The notes under the pieces are model-generated. The model was not told the DNA's origin and ran no database searches. It saw only the letters and a list, made by a program, of their open reading frames with translations. The position numbers and the translations under genes are program-made. A DNA stretch of 64,000 nt from assembly GCA_041483195.1 (NCBI GenBank), contig JBGPFC010000007.1, forward strand, positions 70,943 to 134,942, in the 5' to 3' direction. Origin of the DNA: Candidatus Eiseniibacteriota bacterium (GTDB lineage: Bacteria > Eisenbacteria > RBG-16-71-46). This document shows, in pieces, positions 29,772 through 37,728 of the stretch. Within the stretch, counting starts at the first letter, position 1; every line of letters starts with the position of its first letter.

Positions 29772-30263
29772 GTGCGCCACTCACTCACATCCGCAGCGCT
29801 CGTCGCGCTGCTCATGGTTCCCGCCGCGCGCACCGCGCGGGCCGAGCCCCCTGAGGCCATCGCCCCGCCGTTCTCGGTCCAGAGCCTCGAGGGTCGCGCG
29901 GTCCGGCTCTCGGATTTCAAGGGACGCGCGGTCGTGCTCGACTTCTGGGCGACATGGTGCGGGCCCTGCCGGGCCAGCATGCCCCACCTGAACACCATGC
30001 AGGAGCGATACGGCGAGCGCGGCCTCGTCGTGCTCGGCCTGTCGGTGGACGATCTCGAGCCCCGCGTGGTGCGCCGCTACGCGGACCGCCTCCGCATCAA
30101 GTTCCGCCTCGCGATGGCCGACGAGCGCATCCTCGGACTCTATGGCCCGATCCGCTCGATCCCGACGACGTTCTTCATCAATCGCCGCGGCGAGGTCGTG
30201 CGCCGCGTGGTGGGATACATCGACGAGGAGACGCTCGAGTCGTACGTGCAGGAGTTGTTCTAG
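29772..30263 (+). CDS. TlpA-family thiol:disulfide reductase
   Basis: Signal peptide, LSDFKGR, FWATWCGPC, SIPTTFFI. Confidence 0.9.
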   Translation: MRHSLTSAALVALLMVPAARTARAEPPEAIAPPFSVQSLEGRAVRLSDFKGRAVVLDFWATWCGPCRASMPHLNTMQERYGERGLVVLGLSVDDLEPRVVRRYADRLRIKFRLAMADERILGLYGPIRSIPTTFFINRRGEVVRRVVGYIDEETLESYVQELF

Positions 30264-30331
30264 CGCGGGATCGCGCGCGATGCTCCGAGTCGCGCCCCGG
30301 AGCCGCGAGCCTCGACCTCCCGGTCACGCGA

Positions 30332-30359
30332 AAGCCGCGCCAGGCGATCGGCGCGGCTT
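30332..30359. terminator. Hairpin between convergent tlpA-like gene and tRNA-Leu
   Basis: AAGCCGCGCC / GGCGCGGCTT inverted repeat. Confidence 0.55.
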
Positions 30360-30370
30360 CATTCGTTCAG

Positions 30371-30455
<85 letters not shown>

Positions 30456-30497
30456 ACGCATTCCCTGACGGCCGTCGCCGGCCCGTCACGCTCGCCG

Positions 30498-30881
30498 TTA
30501 CTTGCCGCCGCCCGCCGGCGCCGGCACCGGGGCCGGGGTTCCCGCCGGGGCACCCGCGGCGGGCGCCTGACCGGTGGGGGTCGGGGCCTGCGCCGGCGCT
30601 GTGGCGGCCGAGCGGCGCGCCTGGTCCTGCACCACGCTCCTGCCCTGACTGGATCCCGAGGACATCAGCGCGAGCACGAGCGAGGTCACGAAGAACGCAC
30701 CCCCCAGCACCATCGTCGCCCGCGTGATGAAATCCGTGGCGCCGCGGCCGCCGAACACCGTCTGCGCGGTGCCGCCGAATGCGCCGCCGGCCAGACCGCC
30801 GCCCTTGCCCGATTGAATCAGGACCACGCCGACCAGACCCAGGCACACCAGCAGGTGAACCACCATCAGGAACGCGTACAT
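30498..30881 (-). CDS. secG: Preprotein translocase subunit SecG
   Basis: VLIQSGKGGGLAGGAFGG..VFGGRGA..ITRAT; tpiA-secG-tRNA-Leu order. Confidence 0.95.
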   Translation of the reverse strand: MYAFLMVVHLLVCLGLVGVVLIQSGKGGGLAGGAFGGTAQTVFGGRGATDFITRATMVLGGAFFVTSLVLALMSSGSSQGRSVVQDQARRSAATAPAQAPTPTGQAPAAGAPAGTPAPVPAPAGGGK

Positions 30882-30943
30882 GAAATCCTCGAGAGCGGGC
30901 CGCGCCACGGCATCGAGCCTCCGGGTGCCGGAGGCGGTCGGCT

Positions 30944-30973
30944 AGACTAGCAACCACGGCGGGGCGCCGTCAA
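30944..30973 (-). promoter_or_regulatory. Putative sigma70 promoter of secG/tRNA-Leu
   Basis: TTGACG-N18-TAGTCT with extended TGn. Confidence 0.55.
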
Positions 30974-31008
30974 TCGAGCCCCGAACGGCCGGCCCTCCGA
31001 ACGTCGCC

Positions 31009-31785
31009 TCAGCCCGCGGCGGCGGCCGCGACGATGCGGAAGAACGATGCGGCCTCGAGCGAGGCCCCTCCGACCAGCCCGCCATCGATCTCGTCCTCTG
31101 CGAACAGCGCGGCGGCGCCGTCCGCCGTCACGCTCCCGCCGTAGAGCACCGCGATCGTCGCGCCAGTCCCCAGGCCCACCACGCGCTCGAGCGTGGCGCG
31201 GATCAGCCGGTGCGATTCGCGGGCCTGTTCCGGGGTCGCGACCCGGCCGGTGCCGATCGCCCAGACCGGCTCGTACGCGATGACCGTCTCGAGCGCGGCC
31301 TCGCCGGTGAAACCGTCGTAAGCCGCCCGGACCTGCCGCACCAGCACCTCCGCGGTGAGGCCGGCCTCCCGCTCCGCCAGCGTCTCGCCGACGCACACGA
31401 TCGGCGTGAGACCATCGCGCAGCGCCGCGCGCAGCTTGCGCGCCACCAGCACGTCGTCCTCCCCCATGCCGTGACGCCGCTCGCTGTGGCCGACGATCAC
31501 GAAGCGGCAGTCGATGGCGCGCAGCATGGGGCCCGAGATCTCGCCGGTGAACGCGCCGCGCGGCTCGGGATGCAGGTTCTGCGCGCCGAGGGCGAGCGGG
31601 CTTCCGCGCAGCGCCGCGCGCACCGCCTCGAGCGCCGTGAAGGGCGGGCAGATCACCACGGCGCACGCGGGGCGAGCGCCCAGCAGGGAGCGCAACTCGC
31701 CGGCCAGCGCCGCGGCCTCCGGCGCGGTGCGATTCATCTTCCAGTTCCCGACCACCAGCCGGGGCCGGCGCGCCACCGCGCTCAT
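31009..31785 (-). CDS. tpiA: Triosephosphate isomerase
   Basis: GNWKMN, GHSERR, AYEPVWAIGTG, YGGSV, LVGGASL. Confidence 0.98.
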   Translation of the reverse strand: MSAVARRPRLVVGNWKMNRTAPEAAALAGELRSLLGARPACAVVICPPFTALEAVRAALRGSPLALGAQNLHPEPRGAFTGEISGPMLRAIDCRFVIVGHSERRHGMGEDDVLVARKLRAALRDGLTPIVCVGETLAEREAGLTAEVLVRQVRAAYDGFTGEAALETVIAYEPVWAIGTGRVATPEQARESHRLIRATLERVVGLGTGATIAVLYGGSVTADGAAALFAEDEIDGGLVGGASLEAASFFRIVAAAAAG

Positions 31786-32990
31786 CGAGCGGCCTCATCG
31801 TCGAGCACCGCAACGCCGGGCAGCACCTTTCCCTCGAGGAACTCGAGCGAAGCGCCGCCCCCGGTCGAGAGATGAGTGAAGCTGGCGCCGAGGCCCGCCT
31901 GCTGGATCGCGGCCACCGAGTCGCCGCCGCCCACGACGGTGATCGCGCCGCGGCTCTTGAGCTCGGCGATGGTCCGCGCGATGCCCAGCGTCCCCGCTGC
32001 GAACGCCGGCACCTCGAAGATCCCCATCGGTCCGTTCCACAGCACGGTCTTCGCATCGGCGAGCTTCGACGCGAACTGGCGCACCGTCTCCGGTCCGATG
32101 TCGACCCCGATCTCGCCGGGCTCGATGCGGTCGATGCCCGCGACGCGTCCGGGCGATGTGCCATCCGGCGCGATCGAGACCACGCAGTCCACGGGGAGCG
32201 CGAGCTCGACGCCGCGCGCGCGCGCGCGCTCGATCACCAGCCGCGCGATGTCGAGCCGGTCCTCCTCGATCAGCGATCGGCCAGTGCTCCGCCCCTGCGC
32301 GCGCAGGAACGTGAACATCATCGCGCCGCCGATCAGCAGCCGGTCCACGCGGCCCAGCAGGGATTCGATCACGTCGATCTTCCCCGAGATCTTCGCGCCC
32401 CCGAGCACCGCGACGAACGGCCGCGCGGGCCGGTCGAGCGCGCGGCCCAGGTATTCGAGCTCGCGCTCCATGAGCAGGCCCGCCACGGCCGGTTTCAATC
32501 GCCGCGGAACGCCGTCGGTGGAGGCGTGCGCGCGATGCGCCGTGCCGAACGCGTCGTTGACGTACAGCTCGCCCAGCGCCGCGAGCCGTCGCGCGAACTC
32601 CTCGTCGTTGGCCTCCTCCTCCGGGTGAAAGCGCAAATTCTCGAGCAGCAGCAGCTCGCCGTCGTGGAGCCCGTGCGCGGCGGCCTCGGCCCCCGGCCCC
32701 ACGCACTCCTCCACGAAGCGCACCGGCCGGCCCACCAGCTGCTCGAGCCGCGCGGCCACCGGCCGGAGGCTCTGCTTCGGATCCGGGCCGCCCTTCGGGC
32801 GTCCGAGGTGGGACATCAGGATCACGCGCGCGCCCCGCTCGACCAGCAGGCGCACGCTCGGCAGCGCGGCCACGATCCGGGTGTCGTCGGCGACCGCGCC
32901 GTTCTTCAGCGGCACGTTGAAGTCCACGCGCATGAGGACGCGCTTCCCGGCCACCGCCACGTCCCGCACGCTTCGTTTGCGATCGCTCAC
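31782..32990 (-). CDS. pgk: Phosphoglycerate kinase
   Basis: RVDFNVP, SHLGRP, LLENLRF, NDAFGTAHRAHAS, STGGGASLE; GTG start. Confidence 0.98.
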   Translation of the reverse strand: MSDRKRSVRDVAVAGKRVLMRVDFNVPLKNGAVADDTRIVAALPSVRLLVERGARVILMSHLGRPKGGPDPKQSLRPVAARLEQLVGRPVRFVEECVGPGAEAAAHGLHDGELLLLENLRFHPEEEANDEEFARRLAALGELYVNDAFGTAHRAHASTDGVPRRLKPAVAGLLMERELEYLGRALDRPARPFVAVLGGAKISGKIDVIESLLGRVDRLLIGGAMMFTFLRAQGRSTGRSLIEEDRLDIARLVIERARARGVELALPVDCVVSIAPDGTSPGRVAGIDRIEPGEIGVDIGPETVRQFASKLADAKTVLWNGPMGIFEVPAFAAGTLGIARTIAELKSRGAITVVGGGDSVAAIQQAGLGASFTHLSTGGGASLEFLEGKVLPGVAVLDDEAAR

Positions 32991-33000
32991 GCCGCCCTCC

Positions 33001-33999
33001 TCATGCCATCCGCAGCAGGGCGTCCACGGTGCGATTGGAAAATCCCCATTCGTTGTCGTACCAGGCCAGCAGCTTGACCAGGCTCCCATCGAGCACCAGC
33101 GTCGAAAGGGAGTCGAACACGCTGCTCGCGGGGTTTCCGATCACGTCCGACGAGACGATCGGATCCTCGCAGTACTCGAGGATGCCGCGCATCGGGCCCG
33201 AGGCCGCGGCCTTCATCGCGGCGTTGATCGCCGCCCGGTCGGCCGGCTGCTTCACGCGGCACACCAGATCCACCAGCGAGCCGTCGATGACCGGCGCCCG
33301 TACCGCGATGCCGTCGAGCCGGCCCTTGAGCTCGGGGAGCACCTCGCCGATCGCCTTCGCCGCGCCGGTCGAGGTCGGAATCAGGTTGGACGCCGCCGCC
33401 CGCGCGCGCCTCAGGTCCTTGTGCGGGAGATCGAGGATCCGCTGGTCGTTGGTGTACGCGTGGATCGTGGTCATGAATCCGTGCTCGATGCCGAAGCCCT
33501 CGTGCAGCACCTTCGCCACCGGCGCCAGGCAGTTCGTCGTGCACGAGCCGATGCTGATCACCGCGTGCTTCGCCTTGTCGTACGCCGCGTCGTTGACGCC
33601 GAACACGAACGTGAGATCGGCGCCCTTCGCGGGCGCCGAGACCAGCACCCCCCGCGCGCCGGCGGCGAGATGGTGCGCGGCGCCCTCGCGATCGGTGAAC
33701 TTCCCGGTGGCCTCGAGCACCACGTCCACGCCCAGCGACTTCCACGGCAGCCGGGCCGGATCCTTCTCGCTCAGCACCCGGATCGCGTTGCTCCCGACCA
33801 CCAGCTGCCCGTCCCGCACGCCGCCCGCGGCGCGAAAGGTGCGGTGGACCGAATCGTAGCGCAGCAGATGCGCGAGCGTCGCCGCGTCGGTGATGTCGTT
33901 GACCGCCACGAATTCGAGCGGAGCGCCGCGCTCGTGCGCGGCGCGAACCACCTGGCGCCCGATGCGTCCGAAACCGTTGATGCCAACTCGCAGTGTCAT
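33001..33999 (-). CDS. gap: Type I glyceraldehyde-3-phosphate dehydrogenase
   Basis: GINGFGRIGR, SCTTNCLAP, STGAAKA, WYDNEWG. Confidence 0.98.
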   Translation of the reverse strand: MTLRVGINGFGRIGRQVVRAAHERGAPLEFVAVNDITDAATLAHLLRYDSVHRTFRAAGGVRDGQLVVGSNAIRVLSEKDPARLPWKSLGVDVVLEATGKFTDREGAAHHLAAGARGVLVSAPAKGADLTFVFGVNDAAYDKAKHAVISIGSCTTNCLAPVAKVLHEGFGIEHGFMTTIHAYTNDQRILDLPHKDLRRARAAASNLIPTSTGAAKAIGEVLPELKGRLDGIAVRAPVIDGSLVDLVCRVKQPADRAAINAAMKAAASGPMRGILEYCEDPIVSSDVIGNPASSVFDSLSTLVLDGSLVKLLAWYDNEWGFSNRTVDALLRMA

Positions 34000-34061
34000 G
34001 ATCCGCCTCTCCCTCCCGCCTGACTCGACGTACTGGCCGCGCACTCAGGACCCGGTGCGAC

Positions 34062-35099
34062 TCAGCCGAAAAAGGTTCGTGCGACCTCGTAGAGCTCGGA
34101 ATCCACCTGACTCGGCCCCGCCTCCACGACGGAGAGCTCCACCGAGCCGACGCTCGCGCCGCGCAGCGAAACCATGCGGCCCCACTCGCCGCGCGACGCG
34201 AGGTCGACCGCGTGGGTTCCCATGCGCGTGCCCAGCAGGCGGTCGAACGCCGTGGGCGTGCCGCCGCGCTGGACGTAGCCCAGGGTCACGGTCCGCGTCT
34301 CGATCTGGAGCCGGCTCTCGATCTGGCGCGCGACCACCTCTCCGACCCCTCCGAAGCGCGGGCGGCCGAATTCGTCGTTGCGCACCGGAACCTCGACCCG
34401 GCTGCCGTCCGGATCGGGCTTGAAGCGCGCGCCCTCGGCCACGACCACGATGCTGAACCGGCGACCGCGCGCCACGCGATGCCTCACGAGATCGCAGATC
34501 TCCTGCATGCACACCGGGACCTCGGGCGTCACCACCACGTCCGCCCCGCCCGCGGTGCCGGCGCCGATCGCGATCCATCCGCACCTGCGCCCCATTACCT
34601 CCACCACGATCACGCGATTGTGGGATTCGGCCGTGGTGTGGAGCGCGTCCACCGCGTGGGTCACCGTCGCCATCGCGGTGTCGCATCCCACCGCGCGATC
34701 GGTTCCGGGAATGTCGTTGTCGATGGTCTTCGGAATCCCGATGATCGGCAGCCCCTCGCGACTGAGCCGCGAGGCTGCGGAGAGCGTGCCGTCCCCGCCG
34801 CACACCAGCAGTCCGCTCAGCGCGTGGAGCTTGAACGCGTCGTGCACAGCGGCGATCCCGCCCGGCTCGCGCAGCGGATCCACGCGGGAGGTCCCGAGCA
34901 TGGTGCCGCCGCGCGGGAGGATTCCGGCGATGGACTTGAGGTCGAGCTCGATCGCGCGGTTCGCGAGCAACCCGCGCCAGCCGTCCTCGAATCCCAACAT
35001 GTGACCTTCGTAGGTTCGGACCGTGCGCACCACCGCGGCGCGAATCACCGCGTTCAGTCCGGGGCAGTCACCGCCCCCTGTCAGGATCCCGAGACGCAT
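34062..35099 (-). CDS. pfkA: 6-phosphofructokinase
   Basis: TGGGDCPGLNAVIR, GGDGT, PKTIDND, EVMGR, LGYVQRGG. Confidence 0.95.
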   Translation of the reverse strand: MRLGILTGGGDCPGLNAVIRAAVVRTVRTYEGHMLGFEDGWRGLLANRAIELDLKSIAGILPRGGTMLGTSRVDPLREPGGIAAVHDAFKLHALSGLLVCGGDGTLSAASRLSREGLPIIGIPKTIDNDIPGTDRAVGCDTAMATVTHAVDALHTTAESHNRVIVVEVMGRRCGWIAIGAGTAGGADVVVTPEVPVCMQEICDLVRHRVARGRRFSIVVVAEGARFKPDPDGSRVEVPVRNDEFGRPRFGGVGEVVARQIESRLQIETRTVTLGYVQRGGTPTAFDRLLGTRMGTHAVDLASRGEWGRMVSLRGASVGSVELSVVEAGPSQVDSELYEVARTFFG

Positions 35100-35229
35100 C
35101 GTGATGGGCCCCCACCCCCGCTTCCCCGGCTACAGCCATCTCGTGCGCGACTCGCGCCAACCGCGGAGTCGCGGCCCGCAATATGTCGCAGGCGGCGGGA
35201 ATCGGTCAAGGCGGGCGGGCCGCGAGGCG

Positions 35230-36714
35230 CTACTCGGTCGAGTACCTCAGCCGGAAGTCGCCGAGCCACTGCTCGTCGACGAACAGGAACACCAGCCGCC
35301 GTCGCGCGCGCGGCGCGCGCGGCAGGGACGGGTCGACCTCGGGCGGGAGCGGGATCTCGCCTTCGTAGATCCACACCTCGAAGGGCCGCATGTCGGCACC
35401 CATCGTCTTGTTGTGGACGTCGCCGACCTCGCGGTCGTCCTGCGCGACCAGGTCGTGAATGGTCTCGGCGAGCGTGTGGTCGAGGCTCGGGATCACCTGC
35501 TTGAGCACCTCGCTCGGCTCGCCGTACCGGATGAACACGCGACCCATGTCGGAGAACATCCCGCGGCCGAGGCCGAAGCGGCCGAAGCTTCGATTCGCGA
35601 AGTCCACCCGCTTGAGGAAGGTGTCGCGTACCTCGTTTTCCGCCGTCTCCGGCGAGGGATCGCGCTTGCGCCAGAACGCATCCAGCACCCGTTCCTGCTC
35701 GCCCGGATGGAGACGGGCGAATGCCTCCTCGTCCGCGGGCTGCAGCAGCAGGTGCGCCTGGTCGAGCACATCCTGCGGGCTCTCGAGCCATGAGTCGGCC
35801 TGCCAGGCGACGCTGAAGTGCGCGCGGCGCAGCAGGGCGGCGCTGTCACCCTCCTGCCAGGCCTTGACCTCGAGGTCATAGCCTCCGGCGGCCTGTTTCG
35901 CGAGATCCAGCGCGATCGGCACCTCGAGCGTTCGCGCGGGCGCCGCCGATCCCTCATCCCCCACCACCACCTGCCCATCGGCATTCAACACCCGCGCGAC
36001 CCAGCGCCATGGACGCGGCGCCTGCCCGAGCGCGCTCGCGAGAAAGACCGCGCGCAGGCTGTCGGCGTAGAGGCCGTAGAGGCGTTCCGGGTTGGGAATG
36101 ATGATCCGGCCTCCACGCTGGAACCCGCTCGTTCCGGGCGACGCGCTCTCGGACCACACGAATTCCAGATCGGAGAGCTCGCGGCCGCCCTGTGGGCCGG
36201 GAACGGTGACCTCGCCCTCCACCGATTCGGTGTGCGGCTTGCCCTGCTGGCCGCGCTTCAGCGCGCGCCGCCGGGTGGTCATGGACACGCGCAGGCGATG
36301 GACGCCGGGGCGGGTGCGGAGCGGGAAGAGGATGACCTTGCCGTACCCGCCGGCGGTGTCGCCAGGAGAGACGGTGAATTCCTGGCCGACGTCGTGCTCG
36401 CTGGCCCCGAACGCGTTTCGCAGGCGGATCGAGAGCTGGAAGTGATTGGGCTCTTCGCGATCCTGCGCGAGCGACTCGAGGGTCGCGGGACGGATGCGGA
36501 CGTACACCTCGAGCATCACGCCCGAGCTGTCCGGGAAGGACGCGGCGTCCACCCCGAAGCCGCTCTCGCCCCCCACGCGCCAGGGAAGGGGACCCGGTCC
36601 CTCGTCGGGCAGCAGCGAGCGCGCCGCGGCGGCCCGCGCCATGAGACCGAGCGCGATCGCGACCGCGAACGACAGACGCGCCCCCGTGAGGAGGCGCGCC
36701 GACCACCGCTTCAT
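35230..36714 (-). CDS. GWxTD-domain-containing exported protein
   Basis: Signal peptide; FWRKRDPSPETAENE..RVDFAN..GMFSDMGRVFIRYGEP..EVWIY..FLFVD. Confidence 0.85.
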   Translation of the reverse strand: MKRWSARLLTGARLSFAVAIALGLMARAAAARSLLPDEGPGPLPWRVGGESGFGVDAASFPDSSGVMLEVYVRIRPATLESLAQDREEPNHFQLSIRLRNAFGASEHDVGQEFTVSPGDTAGGYGKVILFPLRTRPGVHRLRVSMTTRRRALKRGQQGKPHTESVEGEVTVPGPQGGRELSDLEFVWSESASPGTSGFQRGGRIIIPNPERLYGLYADSLRAVFLASALGQAPRPWRWVARVLNADGQVVVGDEGSAAPARTLEVPIALDLAKQAAGGYDLEVKAWQEGDSAALLRRAHFSVAWQADSWLESPQDVLDQAHLLLQPADEEAFARLHPGEQERVLDAFWRKRDPSPETAENEVRDTFLKRVDFANRSFGRFGLGRGMFSDMGRVFIRYGEPSEVLKQVIPSLDHTLAETIHDLVAQDDREVGDVHNKTMGADMRPFEVWIYEGEIPLPPEVDPSLPRAPRARRRLVFLFVDEQWLGDFRLRYSTE

Positions 36715-36745
36715 GCGCGTCACGGCGATCGCCGCGCGCGGACGG

Positions 36746-37690
36746 CTAGAACAGGAACTTGAGCGAGATCCGATGCGCAGCACCCAGGTCTTTCATGTCG
36801 GTGTAGGCGTAGTCCACGTCCGCCTGCCCGGCGATCGAAACCGGAATATGGAAGCCGATGCCGCCCGCGATGCCTTCCGCGTCGTAGTTGATGTTGTACC
36901 CGCCGCGCAGGAACACGTACTTCTGGAACGAGTATTCCGCGCCGACGTTCACGCGCTCGGAGTTGTCGGGCGGATGGGAGAACTCGAACGAGCCGAGCAG
37001 CTTCTGATCGCTGGTCTGGAACAGGTTCATCGAGCTGCCCACCCGGAAGATGCCGGGGATGCGCGCGTTCCGCTGAATGAACGTGACTTCGGACCCGATG
37101 TTCGAGATCGCCATGCCGATGCGCATGCCGAGGGCGCCCACGTCGTAGAGCGTGCCGACGTCCACCGCGTAGGTCTGCTGCGAGAACTCCGCGAGCCCCT
37201 CGTGGATGAAGTTCACGGTCCCGCCCGCGCTGAACTTGTCGGTGAACGACCGCGCGTAGCTGAACCCGGCCGTCATCATCCCCGCGTCGAAGGTCTCGCC
37301 CGTTCCGTCCGGCTGGAACGCGGTGGTCTCCTCCATCGGGTTCATGCGGAGCGAGCGCACGCTGAAGCCGAACGCCCCGGGGAAGCGCTTCACGTGGAAG
37401 ACGTATCCCGCCTGCGTGAACTGGAGGTCCGCCGGCCAGACGGCATGGTTGAAGCTGAACTCCGACTTGTCGGGGTCGATGCGGGCGATGCCTGCCGCAT
37501 TCCAGTACAGGGCGGTCGCATCGTCGGCGACGCCCACGAACGCTCCGCCCATCGAAGCGGCGCGCGCGCCCACCCCGATCTTCAGGAATTGCCCGTCGAA
37601 GGTTCCGACCTTTTCGAAGATGTTGGCGGCTCCGGCCACACCGGGCAGCAGGATTCCCGCCAGGCCGATCACCGCGATGGTCTTTCTCAC
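36746..37690 (-). CDS. PorV/PorQ-family outer membrane beta-barrel
   Basis: Signal peptide; FLKIGVGARAASMGGAFVGVADDATALYWNAAG, GAEY, LRGGY, DYAY..LG..HRISL; AAGGAGG SD before GTG. Confidence 0.88.
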   Translation of the reverse strand: MRKTIAVIGLAGILLPGVAGAANIFEKVGTFDGQFLKIGVGARAASMGGAFVGVADDATALYWNAAGIARIDPDKSEFSFNHAVWPADLQFTQAGYVFHVKRFPGAFGFSVRSLRMNPMEETTAFQPDGTGETFDAGMMTAGFSYARSFTDKFSAGGTVNFIHEGLAEFSQQTYAVDVGTLYDVGALGMRIGMAISNIGSEVTFIQRNARIPGIFRVGSSMNLFQTSDQKLLGSFEFSHPPDNSERVNVGAEYSFQKYVFLRGGYNINYDAEGIAGGIGFHIPVSIAGQADVDYAYTDMKDLGAAHRISLKFLF

Positions 37691-37728
37691 GTCATTCCTC
37701 CTTACGCTCACCCCGTCCGGGCTGCCCG

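Noticed and set aside
28324..29784. Apparent long N-terminal extensions of tolR and of uppP, ECF sigma, dcd, moaB, PorV, nadD and the methyltransferase in the ORF track
   Set aside because: They overlap real neighbouring genes; internal starts with SD or stop/start overlaps explain the true genes, so these are not fusions
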